A stretch of 59,399 nt of DNA, filler included. It is 3 parts of 3 records of this genome, joined end to end, with 100 filler letters (N's around TTAATTAATTAA, not from the genome) between each part and the next. Parts side by side here need not be neighbours in the genome. Positions count along the whole stretch, not along the records: positions 1 to 25,638 come from DRR723986_8482; positions 25,739 to 43,571 come from DRR723986_8511; 1 more part is not named here. One strand, given 5' to 3'. The notes beneath the pieces are model-generated. The model was not told the origin of the DNA and did not search any database. It worked only from the letters and a program-made list of their open reading frames with translations. Of the stretch, positions 19,412 to 29,283 are shown in pieces; position 1 is the first letter of the stretch, and each line of letters begins with the position of its first letter. The translations under genes and the position numbers were made by a program.

Positions 19412-20845
19412 CTAAGCATCGTAGTACAGGCAGAACTCATACGGGTGCGGCCTAACGTTCATTGGAGCAACCTCTTGCTCACGTTTGAACAGCACCCATT
19501 CTTTCAAGAGTGATTCAGAGAATACGTCGCCTCGTAGCAAGAAATCGTAGTCGTCTTCGAGTGCGTAGAGGGATTCATCCAGGCTGGCTGGCATGCGCCG
19601 GATTCGCTCTGTAGCCTCAGCCGAAAGCTGGTGCATATCTTCATCCATCGCTTCGCCGGGATCGAGCTTATTCTGAATGCCGTCAATTGCGGCCATCAGG
19701 ATGGCAGAGAATGCAAGGTAAGGATTGCAACTAGGGTCGGGAAATCGCAGTTCGAGCCGCTTTGACGCCGGCTTAGGGCTCGTCATTGGTATGCGGCAGG
19801 CGGCTGAACGATTTCGCTGCGAATAGGTCAGGTTGATGGGCGCTTCGAACCCTGGGACCAAGCGTTTGTAGCTGTTCGTCGTTGGATTTGTCAGTGCCAA
19901 TAACGCAGGTGCATGTTTTAGTATTCCACCGATTGCGTAAATCGCATCGTCGCTTAGTCCTGCGTATCCGTGTCCCGCGAAACTTGGCTCACCGCCCTTC
20001 CACAATGACATGTGGACGTGCATACCGCTGCCATTTTCATCCATCAATGGTTTGGGCATAAACGTCAGGCTCTTGCCGTATCGATTGGCAACATTCTTGA
20101 CGATGTACTTGTACGACATCAGCGTGTCGCAAACGGAAACGAGAGTGCTGTGTCGGAAGTCGATCTCGGCTTGCCCAGCAGATCCCACTTCATGATGGTG
20201 GCACTCTACCTCGATGCCGCAGCCAATCAGCGTCTGCATCATTTCATTGCGAAGGTGTGCTGTCTGGTCGGACGGAGGGTTGGGCATGTAACCTTCGCCA
20301 CGGCGGATCTTATGACCGAGATTTTCTGGCTGAGCGGTGCCGCGTGTCCACCAACCTTCGTTGCTTTCAACTTGATAGAACGACGTGTTTGCCCGTTGGT
20401 CAAAGTGGACGCTGTCAAAGATATAGAATTCGGCTTCGGGGCCAAATTCAGCAACGTCAGCAACGCCGGAACCACGCAGGTAGTTTTCGGCCCGAAGTGC
20501 AATTTGCCGGGGATCTTTCGAGTAAGCTTCGCGGGTGATTGGATCTTCGATCGCACAGGTTAAGACTGCGGTTGGGATTTCGCTGAAGGGATCGATCCAA
20601 GCGTTCTCGGGCTGGGGAATCAGCAAGAGATCCGACTGGTCGACGGTCTGCCAAAGTCGAATACTCGACCCGTCAAAGCCAATGCCATCCTGGAAAGTAT
20701 GTTCGCCCAACTGGCTGGAAGGGACGGTCAAGTGATGCTGGCGACCAAGCAGATCGCAGAACCGGAGATCAACGGCTCGAACGTCTCTTTCCCGGCAGAG
20801 TGACATCACTTCTTGTGGTGAACGAGTGCCAGTTCGACGATCCAT
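19412..20845 (-). CDS. glnA: Type I glutamine synthetase
   Basis: FDGSSI, GPEAEF, HHEV..GQAEI, NGSGMHVH, YKRLVPGFEAP, NRSA, RLELRFPD and RPHPYEF motifs. Confidence 0.95.
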   Translation of the reverse strand: MDRRTGTRSPQEVMSLCRERDVRAVDLRFCDLLGRQHHLTVPSSQLGEHTFQDGIGFDGSSIRLWQTVDQSDLLLIPQPENAWIDPFSEIPTAVLTCAIEDPITREAYSKDPRQIALRAENYLRGSGVADVAEFGPEAEFYIFDSVHFDQRANTSFYQVESNEGWWTRGTAQPENLGHKIRRGEGYMPNPPSDQTAHLRNEMMQTLIGCGIEVECHHHEVGSAGQAEIDFRHSTLVSVCDTLMSYKYIVKNVANRYGKSLTFMPKPLMDENGSGMHVHMSLWKGGEPSFAGHGYAGLSDDAIYAIGGILKHAPALLALTNPTTNSYKRLVPGFEAPINLTYSQRNRSAACRIPMTSPKPASKRLELRFPDPSCNPYLAFSAILMAAIDGIQNKLDPGEAMDEDMHQLSAEATERIRRMPASLDESLYALEDDYDFLLRGDVFSESLLKEWVLFKREQEVAPMNVRPHPYEFCLYYDA

Positions 20846-20870
20846 AGCATTCCCTTTAGGGCAATTTAAT

Positions 20871-23636
20871 TCAGACTTTGCAGCGCCAAACCACGAACGC
20901 TGGGACTAGGATACTGCGGACAACCAGCGTGTCCAGCATGACTCCACACGCGAGCGCGAATCCCAGTTCCGTAATGCCGCTTAAGACCAAAGAGCTGGCG
21001 AACTGCATTTGCGCTGGCAGAAAATCATTCATTGAACTCAACACCGCCGGGCTAGTCATCGCGACAAAGGTGCCCGCCATCACGAGTCCACAACTGGTGA
21101 TGATCCCGCCTGTGGCACTCAGGGCTCGGGTGACGGCGGTCGGTATCGAGTCCGATTTCTTGGCTTCTTCCATGATACGCGTGACCAGGTAAACGTTGTA
21201 GTCTTGGCCAACGGCGACCAAAATAACAAATAGAAACAGCGGCACTTTCCAGTCCAGGCCAACGTAGGAATCACCAGCCAACATTGCAAACCAAGCGTGC
21301 GTTATTCCCAGGGTAGCTAAATAACTCAAGAGCACCGTGGCGATCAAGTAGGCCGTTAACAGGGGTTTTCGAAGCATGATGAGAAGGACAAGCCAAACAC
21401 CGATGGTCACGAGAACCCTAATGCGGTTCTGATCCGCTTGTGTAACTCGACGCAAATCACCGATCCCAACGGCGGTTCCATTGAGCGTCGTCGTCATGCC
21501 ATACCAAGGGGAGTCGTTTCGTTTGGCTTCGGCTGCAAGAACCTGCTCAATCCTGCCAACGATCTCGTCTGCCTCAACAGAAAATGAACTTGCGTCCAAA
21601 ACGACGTCGAAACGTGCCACTCGCTGCTTGAGTCCAGGGGCAGAGCTAACGTATCGTTGCAGCGTCAGACGGTGGGACTTCAGGATCCTTTGCCGCCAAG
21701 CGTCTTTGTCGAACATGCCCTTGCGACGGCCCGGTGGGTAGTCACCGAGGGGATCTGAGATGTGTCGGACCGCAAGGACTCCGTCGATGTACAGTTCGCT
21801 TGCAAGCTCTGTGCAAGCGTCGCGGAGTGCTTCTTCTGTCGCAAACTTTTCGGGCAATTCAGCAACGACCGTTACTGGGCGATTGGCGTTTTCGACCGGG
21901 AAGAACTGTGCGGCCAGCTCCTGACCTCGGCGACTGGGGGCCTCCATCGATAGCTCGCTCGGTAAGTCGTAGGTGACGTACTGGACGTTGACAAAACCCC
22001 AAGCAGCGGGAATGGCTAGGCACCCAGCGGATATCATCAGTGAAAGGCGCGGGCGTTGTGTTACGAAGTGGGCAACTCTGGACCAAACGGTTTTCGCTCT
22101 GCCGTCATTGCGAACTACGCCATCGGTGTTTTCATTGCCAGCCTTCTGACGCCGTAGTCCAGTCGGCCAGTAGACGCCACGGCCAAAGGCAACACAAAGT
22201 GCTGGCGTGAACGTTAGGCTGGAACATAGCGTTACGCCAAGAGCGATAGCGATGATGGGTCCTGAGTACTGGAATTTTGCAAAGTCGCTGAACCACATTA
22301 GACCTAGCCCAACCATGGTCGTGACGGCACTGGCGATTAAGGCACGATGGACGCTCAGCCAGGCAGATGCAACACTTCGCTGCACTTGTTTGCGATTCAG
22401 CTTTTTCTTGGCAAGGATCAATTCTCGGTTTCTCGCCAAGAAGAAAAGGCAGAAGTCCGTGCCCGCGCCGAATAGCAATACGACGATAAAGATGCGAGTT
22501 GTCGTAAAGACTTGCAGGAAGCCGAACGATGAATCTGGGCTTTGGGCCAACAGTGCAATTAGACTGGTCGAGATCGACAGGCTGATTCCAATGCTGAGCA
22601 TCGGGATGAGTATGAGTAGAGGCGACCTGTAGAGGACGATCAGGATCAGGCAGACAAGTGAAATCGTGACGATTTCGGTAATGCGAACACCGCCCTCAGC
22701 GGCCTGAATAAGATCCGCGCCCACAGCAGCCGACCCAGCCAGCTCGATGCGGAGAGTCGAATCGACAATTGACGCGTACTTTTCGCGAAGCTGATCGTTT
22801 AGGGCCTCGACCCGTTGCAGTAAATCGACGTTGCGCGTCGAGGTGAAATCGGTCGATAACTGGAGCGTGATGACACGGGCAAGCTCATCTCGGTGCAGTA
22901 GCTTATGTCCAAGCAGCGGGTCACGCCACGTCCAAACGTCCTGGATGGGTTCCGCCCAGTCGGGAAACGGTAGCTCAAGCAGTTCTGTCAGGCCTTCGCT
23001 CGATTGCTCCTGCAGGATTTGTGCCGTCTCCAAGTCGGCGGCAATCTGTTCCGCGTCGCCCTTTTGCAAAGCAAGAACTTGGCTTCTGAGTTTGTAGGTG
23101 CCCAGGATTCGGGCGAACGGAAACTTGGGGTGCGAGGTCCCCAAGAATCGGGCCAATTCGTCATCGATACCGATAACAGCATCCACATTGTCGTAGGCGA
23201 TTTCGGCTAAGAACTTCTGTCTGCGAGTAAGCTCTGCGGTCTGCTGATCGGGCTCCAGTTGTTGCCACGCGGACTGAGCGACGTACCAATGCAGGTGTCT
23301 AGCCAGATCAAGTGTTTGAGCCAGAGCTTGCCCGGACATTGGGGCTTTGCCGTCGCCAGCGGCAACAATCACCAATTGGCTTTCGAATTGGTAACCCGGA
23401 AAGGCTTGTTCAAGCTTGCGTCGTCCGATGGCAACACGCGTATCGGCGGGCAAGAAACGCAGGTCTCCGTCGGCGGCGATGTCGTCCCAGGCAGGCGCGA
23501 TCATTCGAAGCGCTGCAGCGAGAGCTATCCATCCGATCAGCAACCATAACCAGTATTTGGTGATGAAATGGCCGGCGGCAAGGCGGACCAAGTCCATCCG
23601 CTTAACTTCAAGTGTTTGGGGGCCTGATGCACTCAC
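20871..23636 (-). CDS. MMPL family (RND) transporter
   Basis: Two TM repeats with LFGAGTDFCLF and VAVGQDYNVYL, TGGIITSCGLVMAGTF and LDTLVVRSILVPA. The GTG start overlaps the upstream stop (alternative ATG 23597). Confidence 0.92.
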   Translation of the reverse strand: MSASGPQTLEVKRMDLVRLAAGHFITKYWLWLLIGWIALAAALRMIAPAWDDIAADGDLRFLPADTRVAIGRRKLEQAFPGYQFESQLVIVAAGDGKAPMSGQALAQTLDLARHLHWYVAQSAWQQLEPDQQTAELTRRQKFLAEIAYDNVDAVIGIDDELARFLGTSHPKFPFARILGTYKLRSQVLALQKGDAEQIAADLETAQILQEQSSEGLTELLELPFPDWAEPIQDVWTWRDPLLGHKLLHRDELARVITLQLSTDFTSTRNVDLLQRVEALNDQLREKYASIVDSTLRIELAGSAAVGADLIQAAEGGVRITEIVTISLVCLILIVLYRSPLLILIPMLSIGISLSISTSLIALLAQSPDSSFGFLQVFTTTRIFIVVLLFGAGTDFCLFFLARNRELILAKKKLNRKQVQRSVASAWLSVHRALIASAVTTMVGLGLMWFSDFAKFQYSGPIIAIALGVTLCSSLTFTPALCVAFGRGVYWPTGLRRQKAGNENTDGVVRNDGRAKTVWSRVAHFVTQRPRLSLMISAGCLAIPAAWGFVNVQYVTYDLPSELSMEAPSRRGQELAAQFFPVENANRPVTVVAELPEKFATEEALRDACTELASELYIDGVLAVRHISDPLGDYPPGRRKGMFDKDAWRQRILKSHRLTLQRYVSSAPGLKQRVARFDVVLDASSFSVEADEIVGRIEQVLAAEAKRNDSPWYGMTTTLNGTAVGIGDLRRVTQADQNRIRVLVTIGVWLVLLIMLRKPLLTAYLIATVLLSYLATLGITHAWFAMLAGDSYVGLDWKVPLFLFVILVAVGQDYNVYLVTRIMEEAKKSDSIPTAVTRALSATGGIITSCGLVMAGTFVAMTSPAVLSSMNDFLPAQMQFASSLVLSGITELGFALACGVMLDTLVVRSILVPAFVVWRCKV

Positions 23637-24391
23637 GAGTGTTCGCCAGACTTTCCAAACTGCTCGCGAGCCCGCCGGCCAAATTCACTGGAAGCATCGC
23701 GTAGCAAATCTACTGTTTGTTGAGAGCCTTCGGGATGTTGGTTCTGTGCGGCGGTGATGACCGTCTCGCACTCGTTGATGTCCATCTGAACGGCAGCTCG
23801 AAGCAGGTCTTGCTCGTCGCCTTTCGGGATTGCGATAAATCCATGTTTGTCGGCGTGGATCAGTTGCCCCGGTTCAACCTTTGTTCCAAATACCTCGATC
23901 GACTCGCCCCAGGTTACGGGCGTGCTGTGTGCATGGCCGACGCACAACCGCCGTGCCAGCGCCTTAAAACCTGCGCTGGTCATTTCGTCAACGTCGCGAA
24001 TGGCCCCATCAACGATGGTCCCAACACAACCAAGACTCCGGTGAACGTTAGCGTTTACTTCGCCCCAGAATGATCCAATTACGCCGGGTTTGTCGAGATC
24101 TTGGACACATACAATCTTGGGGCCGGGAACTGAGGCGATGTACTGGCGATAGTCGTTCCAAGCATCCGACTTCGATTTGTGTTCGCTGCGACTGGGCTCG
24201 ATGACGAGAGTCACTGCGTAGCCAATCATTGGGCCCATTTGAGGCATAAAGTCGCGCGACTCTTCGAGGTTGGTCACGGGTGCGGCAGCGTCGAGCGAGG
24301 TAATTTGCTCCCAGCCGTTGTATATCGTCGGCGTATTCCAACGTTTGAGCTGAAGGAGCGTTCCATTATCGAGCGGCGGATCAGACGGCAT
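23633..24391 (-). CDS. RraA family protein (HMG aldolase/oxaloacetate decarboxylase-like)
   Basis: GYAVT, FWGEVNA, GTIVDGAIRDVDE and PGQLIHADKHG motifs. Confidence 0.88.
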   Translation of the reverse strand: MPSDPPLDNGTLLQLKRWNTPTIYNGWEQITSLDAAAPVTNLEESRDFMPQMGPMIGYAVTLVIEPSRSEHKSKSDAWNDYRQYIASVPGPKIVCVQDLDKPGVIGSFWGEVNANVHRSLGCVGTIVDGAIRDVDEMTSAGFKALARRLCVGHAHSTPVTWGESIEVFGTKVEPGQLIHADKHGFIAIPKGDEQDLLRAAVQMDINECETVITAAQNQHPEGSQQTVDLLRDASSEFGRRAREQFGKSGEHS

Positions 24392-24712
24392 GTCAGTGGT
24401 GGGGAGTAGGCTGAGGATGAGGCACCGGTCAAGATCGACAAGGGCGTGACGGTGGCGTTGAGAATCCTTATGGTAGCAAGAATTCTTTGCTGCGGGCATA
24501 ATGGACGCCACTGGTAATTGGCAAGTTGCAGAGTGAAACCAAGTGGCGGCCAGGCAAGCCTACCGGAAACTCTCACCTTGATTGTCGTTTTGCGGGATGA
24601 CCAAGCATTTATCGTCGTACGAGTTCCAATGCTATGCGATGAAGCGGACTCGCAGGGCAGTTTTTCTTGACGTTGTTTTCATGGTGCAGTTCTACCTTTC
24701 GGGAAGTAATCG

Positions 24713-25429
24713 ATGAGCGATTTTTGGCAGTTTTCCGATGGCGAAGCAGTAGCGGCCTTGCCAGACGGTGAAATTCGTCTCGATCCAACCAAGCCCACCG
24801 AAGGTGCGTTGCTAACCCACGGCGAAACCAAATGGCCAATTTTTTCCGTTCAAGCGATGCCGTCGCACGGTTCACGTGTCCTGGAGGCTTACGCTCGTAG
24901 TGCCGATGTGATCGCGCAGTATGGCGAGGGGAAGGACGACACCTATCGCTACCACCTGTACTGGCGAATTCTTGGGAAAGCTAAGAACCAGGACACCGAA
25001 ACAGCTTCAGCATCTGAGAATGGTGGAGCGGCTGGTGTTGAGTTGTGGCTCGGTGTTCAGACAGGGTTGCTGGATTCAACACCGCAGTTGAAGGTTACCA
25101 GCGGAAGCGATAACGATTCTTGGCAGGTCTACGAACATTCAGAACTGTGCAGCGACGGCACGACAAGTGGTAGTGAGGTTGCGGCGCTAGTATCACGCAG
25201 CGATAGCGACTCGGGCGTATGGCTGATTGAGCCATCGGATCAAATGCATGCGACGTTAACTACTGAGGGCGGACTGCCCAGCGTCGGCTTATTCGGCCAC
25301 TTCATGGAGAAAGGCGTCATTCGACGTGGTCGCATGAGGTTTCATGTCTTTCCCGGAGTCGTTTCCCTCGAACAGATCGTTGCAGCCTACAACGACTTCG
25401 CCACCAGTGAACTTCCGTTGACGGCCTAG
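24713..25429 (+). CDS. Hypothetical protein (238 aa)
   Basis: ATG ORF with upstream GGGAAG, protein-like, C-terminal EKGVIRRGR...LPLTA; no family recognised. Confidence 0.75.
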   Translation: MSDFWQFSDGEAVAALPDGEIRLDPTKPTEGALLTHGETKWPIFSVQAMPSHGSRVLEAYARSADVIAQYGEGKDDTYRYHLYWRILGKAKNQDTETASASENGGAAGVELWLGVQTGLLDSTPQLKVTSGSDNDSWQVYEHSELCSDGTTSGSEVAALVSRSDSDSGVWLIEPSDQMHATLTTEGGLPSVGLFGHFMEKGVIRRGRMRFHVFPGVVSLEQIVAAYNDFATSELPLTA

Positions 25430-25638
25430 CTTGGTCTGGTCGGTCCAGCGAATCAGTTTCAACAGATTGTTCAGAGTTGCGTCCCAAATAACTATCGTTG
25501 GGTCGCGCTGCCGACGATTCAAATCGCTCGAAGCGATAAGCGAACCGTCGGTGTTCATTTGGCAATCTAACCAAGTGGTGTTTAGAGCGCTTCCAGTTCG
25601 AATGTCGTGTTTCTGCGCCTATTTGAGTCAGCTATTCA

Positions 25639-25738
25639 NNNNNNNNNNNNNNNNNNNNNNNNNNNNNNNNNNNNNNNNNNNNTTAATTAATTAANNNNNN
25701 NNNNNNNNNNNNNNNNNNNNNNNNNNNNNNNNNNNNNN
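25639..25738. other. Artificial contig spacer
   Basis: N44-TTAATTAATTAA-N44 (stops in all six frames). Confidence 0.99.
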
Positions 25739-25971
25739 GTCATGATCGGCATGTTGTTGGTTTCGAGCATATAAAGCCCTGGCGTGAACACGTCGGCCAG
25801 TTGTCCTTCGTGCACAAAGACCGCTGCCTGACCTTCGCGAACCGTCAGCTTGGCGCCGTATTTGATTTCGTGGCCTTCGCGCTCGAACCGCATGACCATC
25901 GTGTCGCGGGTGTCATCCACCCAATGGATCACATCAATAAATTGGCCGGATAGAAAATCGAAAATACCCAT
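25739..25971 (-). CDS. SPFH domain protein (YdjI/Band_7_1-like), 3' end truncated by contig end
   Basis: FIDVIHW, EIKYGAKLTVREGQAAVFV and FTPGLYMLETNNMP motifs. Confidence 0.85.
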
Positions 25972-26002
25972 GGTTTGGTCCTTTTGTAATCTCATGCGCC
26001 GC

Positions 26003-26962
26003 CTATAGCGGCAGCCCCGTTTTTTCCGTTGCTATGGTTTGGATAAGGGGGCGAATTTCATCTGCGCCCATCCCCTGTTTCAGGCGAGGGTCATAGAGCA
26101 TCTGCAGCAGAAATTCATCGTGACTGGTCAGCAGCGCAAACTCGTCGTCGTCGTTGAAAATCGAGGGGCGCGCGCTGGGGGAGTCATTGGGCAGACCCAA
26201 GCCTTGTGCAATTTCTTCGTGGATACAGGACAGGCGGACCAAATCGGGATGTTCCGCCCGGATCAGGGCAACCGCCTGCGTATAGTTGAACGGACTATTC
26301 GTGTCTGAAACCGCAATCACAAGGCAATAGAACGACTTGGGCAGGGTGTTAAACAGAGTTAGCTGGCTGTCGGTCATGGTCGGGATCAGTTGTTTCAGAC
26401 GCTGCTGCACAAAGGGGGCATCGTCTTCGCCCGCCACAAAGACATGAAAGTTGGCATTTCTGGGCGTGGCGGTGATGGCGTGTCCGGTAATCCGTTTCAG
26501 ACGTGCGGCATAGGCGTCGACATTTCCCTTATCCAATGTGCGTTGGTCAAGCGGTACACTCGCACCAAATTCAGTGTTGATCCGGACGGGGCCTGACCAG
26601 CGGCTCAGCTGACCACTGGAGCGGCGTCCGTTTGGCGAAAGTGCGCCACCTGTGTATTCATCATACAGAGCGATGTTTTCAAAGTTTCGCACCAGATCTT
26701 CGGTATCAAAGGGCGTGTCTGGCCCGCCCCCATCTGTGCGCAACAGACCGCGCGTGAGCAGATCGCTCTGAACTTTGACATAATAGCGCTCCAGATCGAT
26801 GCTCTTTGCGGACCTAGGCATAACGGTGTCGCCGATAGGCGCCAGGCCCGCAGGCCTTGCCTGTGGAAACGGTGTCCGGCGCGGGGTTGCATCGCAGGCG
26901 GACAGCACCAAGAGCGCCGCGCATATCGCCGCCCCGGTGCAGAGTTTTATGCCAGCCCGCAT
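26003..26962 (-). CDS. DUF2927 domain lipoprotein
   Basis: Lipobox LSAC; CIHEEIAQGLGLPNDS, PSIFNDD and LYDPRL motifs. Confidence 0.88.
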   Translation of the reverse strand: MRAGIKLCTGAAICAALLVLSACDATPRRTPFPQARPAGLAPIGDTVMPRSAKSIDLERYYVKVQSDLLTRGLLRTDGGGPDTPFDTEDLVRNFENIALYDEYTGGALSPNGRRSSGQLSRWSGPVRINTEFGASVPLDQRTLDKGNVDAYAARLKRITGHAITATPRNANFHVFVAGEDDAPFVQQRLKQLIPTMTDSQLTLFNTLPKSFYCLVIAVSDTNSPFNYTQAVALIRAEHPDLVRLSCIHEEIAQGLGLPNDSPSARPSIFNDDDEFALLTSHDEFLLQMLYDPRLKQGMGADEIRPLIQTIATEKTGLPL

Positions 26963-26971
26963 GGTCACCAA

Positions 26972-28162
26972 TCAGCCTGGAACGGATGTGCTGGCGTTGT
27001 CGCCAACCCCATCTTTGCGCGCCTTTGCCGCGGCCAGGGTGTCGCGCAATTCGCCCTCCATCTTTTTCAGCTCCTCTTCGGCCGCCGCCCGGTTGGCCTT
27101 GCCTTGGTCGGCGATTTGCAGGCTTTCCTGAATTGTGCCAATCAGATCAGCGTTGGCCGCCTTTACGGCTTCGATATCAAAGACGCCGCGTTCCATTTCT
27201 TCGCGGATCATCTTGTTGGATTGACGCAGGTTTGCCGCGTTCGAGGTCAACAGCTCGTTCGTTAGGTCGTTTGCATCTCGTACTGCTGCCGCAGCTTCGG
27301 CGCTGCGTTGGATGGTGACGGCTTGGGCCAGTTGGGTTTCCCAAAGGGGAACCGTATTCACCAGTGTTGAGTTGATCTTGGTGACAAGGGATTTGTCATT
27401 TTCCTGAACCAAGCGGATCGATGGCAGCGATTGCATGGTGACCTGACGGGTGAGTTTCAGATCATGCACGCGGCGTTCCAGATCATCACGCGCCGCGCGC
27501 AGGTCCCGCAATTCCTGAGCGCGCATGACTTGCTGCTCTTCTGGCGCCGCGTCTACGGCTGCTTCCAATTCAGGAATATCGTGGCTGTCCAGCTCTGTCA
27601 GTTTTTCTTCGCCAGCCGCAATGTAGAGCGCGAGCTCATCGTAAAAATTCAGTGTCTTTTCATAGAGTAAGTCGAGCGACTTGATGTCCTTGAGCAGGAT
27701 ATGTTCATGACCCAACAGATCATCAGTGATCTTGTCGATCTGTCCCTGAACCTCTTCATAGCGCGCAGTGAACTGTGCAAAGGGGGCAGCGCGTCCCAAC
27801 ATCCGCTCCCACCAGCTTGGCTTGCGGCGGACATCCAGCTCGCTGACGGAAAACCCGCGAATGGTGGTGACGATGTTGCGCAATGAATCGCCTGCGGGGC
27901 CAACATCCTTGTTGCGCACATCGGCCAACATCGCTTGCGAGATTTCCTGCAGCTCGGCCTGCGCCCCTGAGCCAAACGAAACGATTGAGTTGGTGTTGCT
28001 CATGTCGACTTCGTTCATCCGTTTGCGGATTTCAGCGCCAACGGGGGCCTCTGCCTCTTCTAACGGGACGATGTCGGCTGTGGGTTCAGGCAGTACGATT
28101 GCGTTGACTTCTTCGACCAAGGTTTGGTTTTCCTGCGCTTTTTTACGGATCGTATCAGACAT
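26972..28162 (-). CDS. telA: Toxic anion resistance protein (TelA/KlaA family)
   Basis: Coiled coil with LERRVHDL, QSLPSIRLVQEND, NTVPLW and TNELL motifs. Confidence 0.92.
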   Translation of the reverse strand: MSDTIRKKAQENQTLVEEVNAIVLPEPTADIVPLEEAEAPVGAEIRKRMNEVDMSNTNSIVSFGSGAQAELQEISQAMLADVRNKDVGPAGDSLRNIVTTIRGFSVSELDVRRKPSWWERMLGRAAPFAQFTARYEEVQGQIDKITDDLLGHEHILLKDIKSLDLLYEKTLNFYDELALYIAAGEEKLTELDSHDIPELEAAVDAAPEEQQVMRAQELRDLRAARDDLERRVHDLKLTRQVTMQSLPSIRLVQENDKSLVTKINSTLVNTVPLWETQLAQAVTIQRSAEAAAAVRDANDLTNELLTSNAANLRQSNKMIREEMERGVFDIEAVKAANADLIGTIQESLQIADQGKANRAAAEEELKKMEGELRDTLAAAKARKDGVGDNASTSVPG

Positions 28163-28190
28163 GAATGGTTCCTCGTAACAGATGGGCCGG

Positions 28191-29108
28191 TCAATCCAGC
28201 CGGACACCTTCGCGTTGAAGCCGCTCGCGCAGCACATCGATTTCAACAGTCAGGTCGCTGCGATCATCCAGCAGCATCTTGCGCGTGCGCGCGGTGAAAT
28301 TTCGTTCTAGATCGTCCAGAAGATCAGTATAGTCGCGCAGCGCTTTGGGATCGCGACTGCGGGCATAGAAATCGGCAAATTTGACAGTCGCGTCGCGGGC
28401 TCCGCGCAAATAGACAGTCAGGTATTTTCGGGCCCCTGATAAGTCACGCGGGTCTTCTTCGACAGTGCGGAACAGGTCGCGTGCAGTGTGCTGAAACCGT
28501 TCTACGCGGGCTTCGATTTTGCGATCTTTGGCGCGCAAAATCGCGTCTGACATGTCGGCAAGATAGGTTTCGGCCTCGTCCACTGCCCGCGCGACACGGT
28601 TTTGTTGAAAGGTATCGATGCCTTCCATGCCTTTGTCTTTCATCGGATCAAAGCCAAAGGCCACGACATGGAGCGCGCTCGCGACAGCGCCGAACAACAC
28701 AGGAGCCAGAGTGGATGCGGCCGAAAGTGTCTCGGCATCCATGTAATCATGCTTGAACACAGCCAGAGCCACGCCCAGGCCAGTCAAAAGGGAAGCACCT
28801 GTTTTCCGTGGAAAAGCTGGGCGTTTGGCCACACGGCGTGCCTTGTAAGCCGCTTCGGCGCGTAGACCTTCGCGCAACAATAAGGCCGCGCCAGTCAAAA
28901 GACCCGCTGCCCCAAGGCCAAGCGTCAGCCCAATTGCGCCATCGTTTAAGGATGTAAACACAAGCGGGATCGCCGGGATGAACAGCAGGTTGGTGCGACC
29001 GCCAGCAGGATCAATCTGCGCCCCGTCAAACTGCCCGCGTTGCGGCACATCCTGATCAGCTGCCGGTTCCGCATCTGGGCTGAATTTACCGCCATAGCGT
29101 TGTGCCAT
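28191..29108 (-). CDS. 5-bromo-4-chloroindolyl phosphate hydrolysis (XpaC) family membrane protein
   Basis: TM N-terminus; EEDPRDL..ARKYL.VYL and DLTVEIDVL; usual position upstream of telA. Confidence 0.88.
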   Translation of the reverse strand: MAQRYGGKFSPDAEPAADQDVPQRGQFDGAQIDPAGGRTNLLFIPAIPLVFTSLNDGAIGLTLGLGAAGLLTGAALLLREGLRAEAAYKARRVAKRPAFPRKTGASLLTGLGVALAVFKHDYMDAETLSAASTLAPVLFGAVASALHVVAFGFDPMKDKGMEGIDTFQQNRVARAVDEAETYLADMSDAILRAKDRKIEARVERFQHTARDLFRTVEEDPRDLSGARKYLTVYLRGARDATVKFADFYARSRDPKALRDYTDLLDDLERNFTARTRKMLLDDRSDLTVEIDVLRERLQREGVRLD

Positions 29109-29110
29109 GC

Positions 29111-29200
29111 CTATACCCCCCCGAGCCAGCCGGTGCAGACACCAAACAGCAGTATGATGAGCGCGGTGTAGGCTGTCTTTTGTACGCCGGATTGTGACAT
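29111..29200 (-). CDS. 29-aa single-TM small protein (not in ORF track)
   Basis: MSQSGVQKTAYTALIILLFGVCTGWLGGV*, AGGGA RBS, stop 2 bp before the xpaC ATG. Confidence 0.7.
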   Translation of the reverse strand: MSQSGVQKTAYTALIILLFGVCTGWLGGV

Positions 29201-29283
29201 GCCGAATTCCCTAGTGTCCTGACTTGCAAGAAATCTAGGGGATGCGAGGCAGGCTTGCTAGGGGGAAGGTTGCACTAACTGGC

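Noticed and set aside
24495-24510. Sigma54 promoter for the RraA-MMPL-glnA operon (TGGCGTCCATTATGC, minus strand)
   Set aside because: GG-N10-GC spacing fits but several consensus positions differ; too weak to call.
25683-25694. TTAATTAATTAA palindrome as a biological site (also 43616-43627)
   Set aside because: Synthetic six-frame-stop linker inside N runs.
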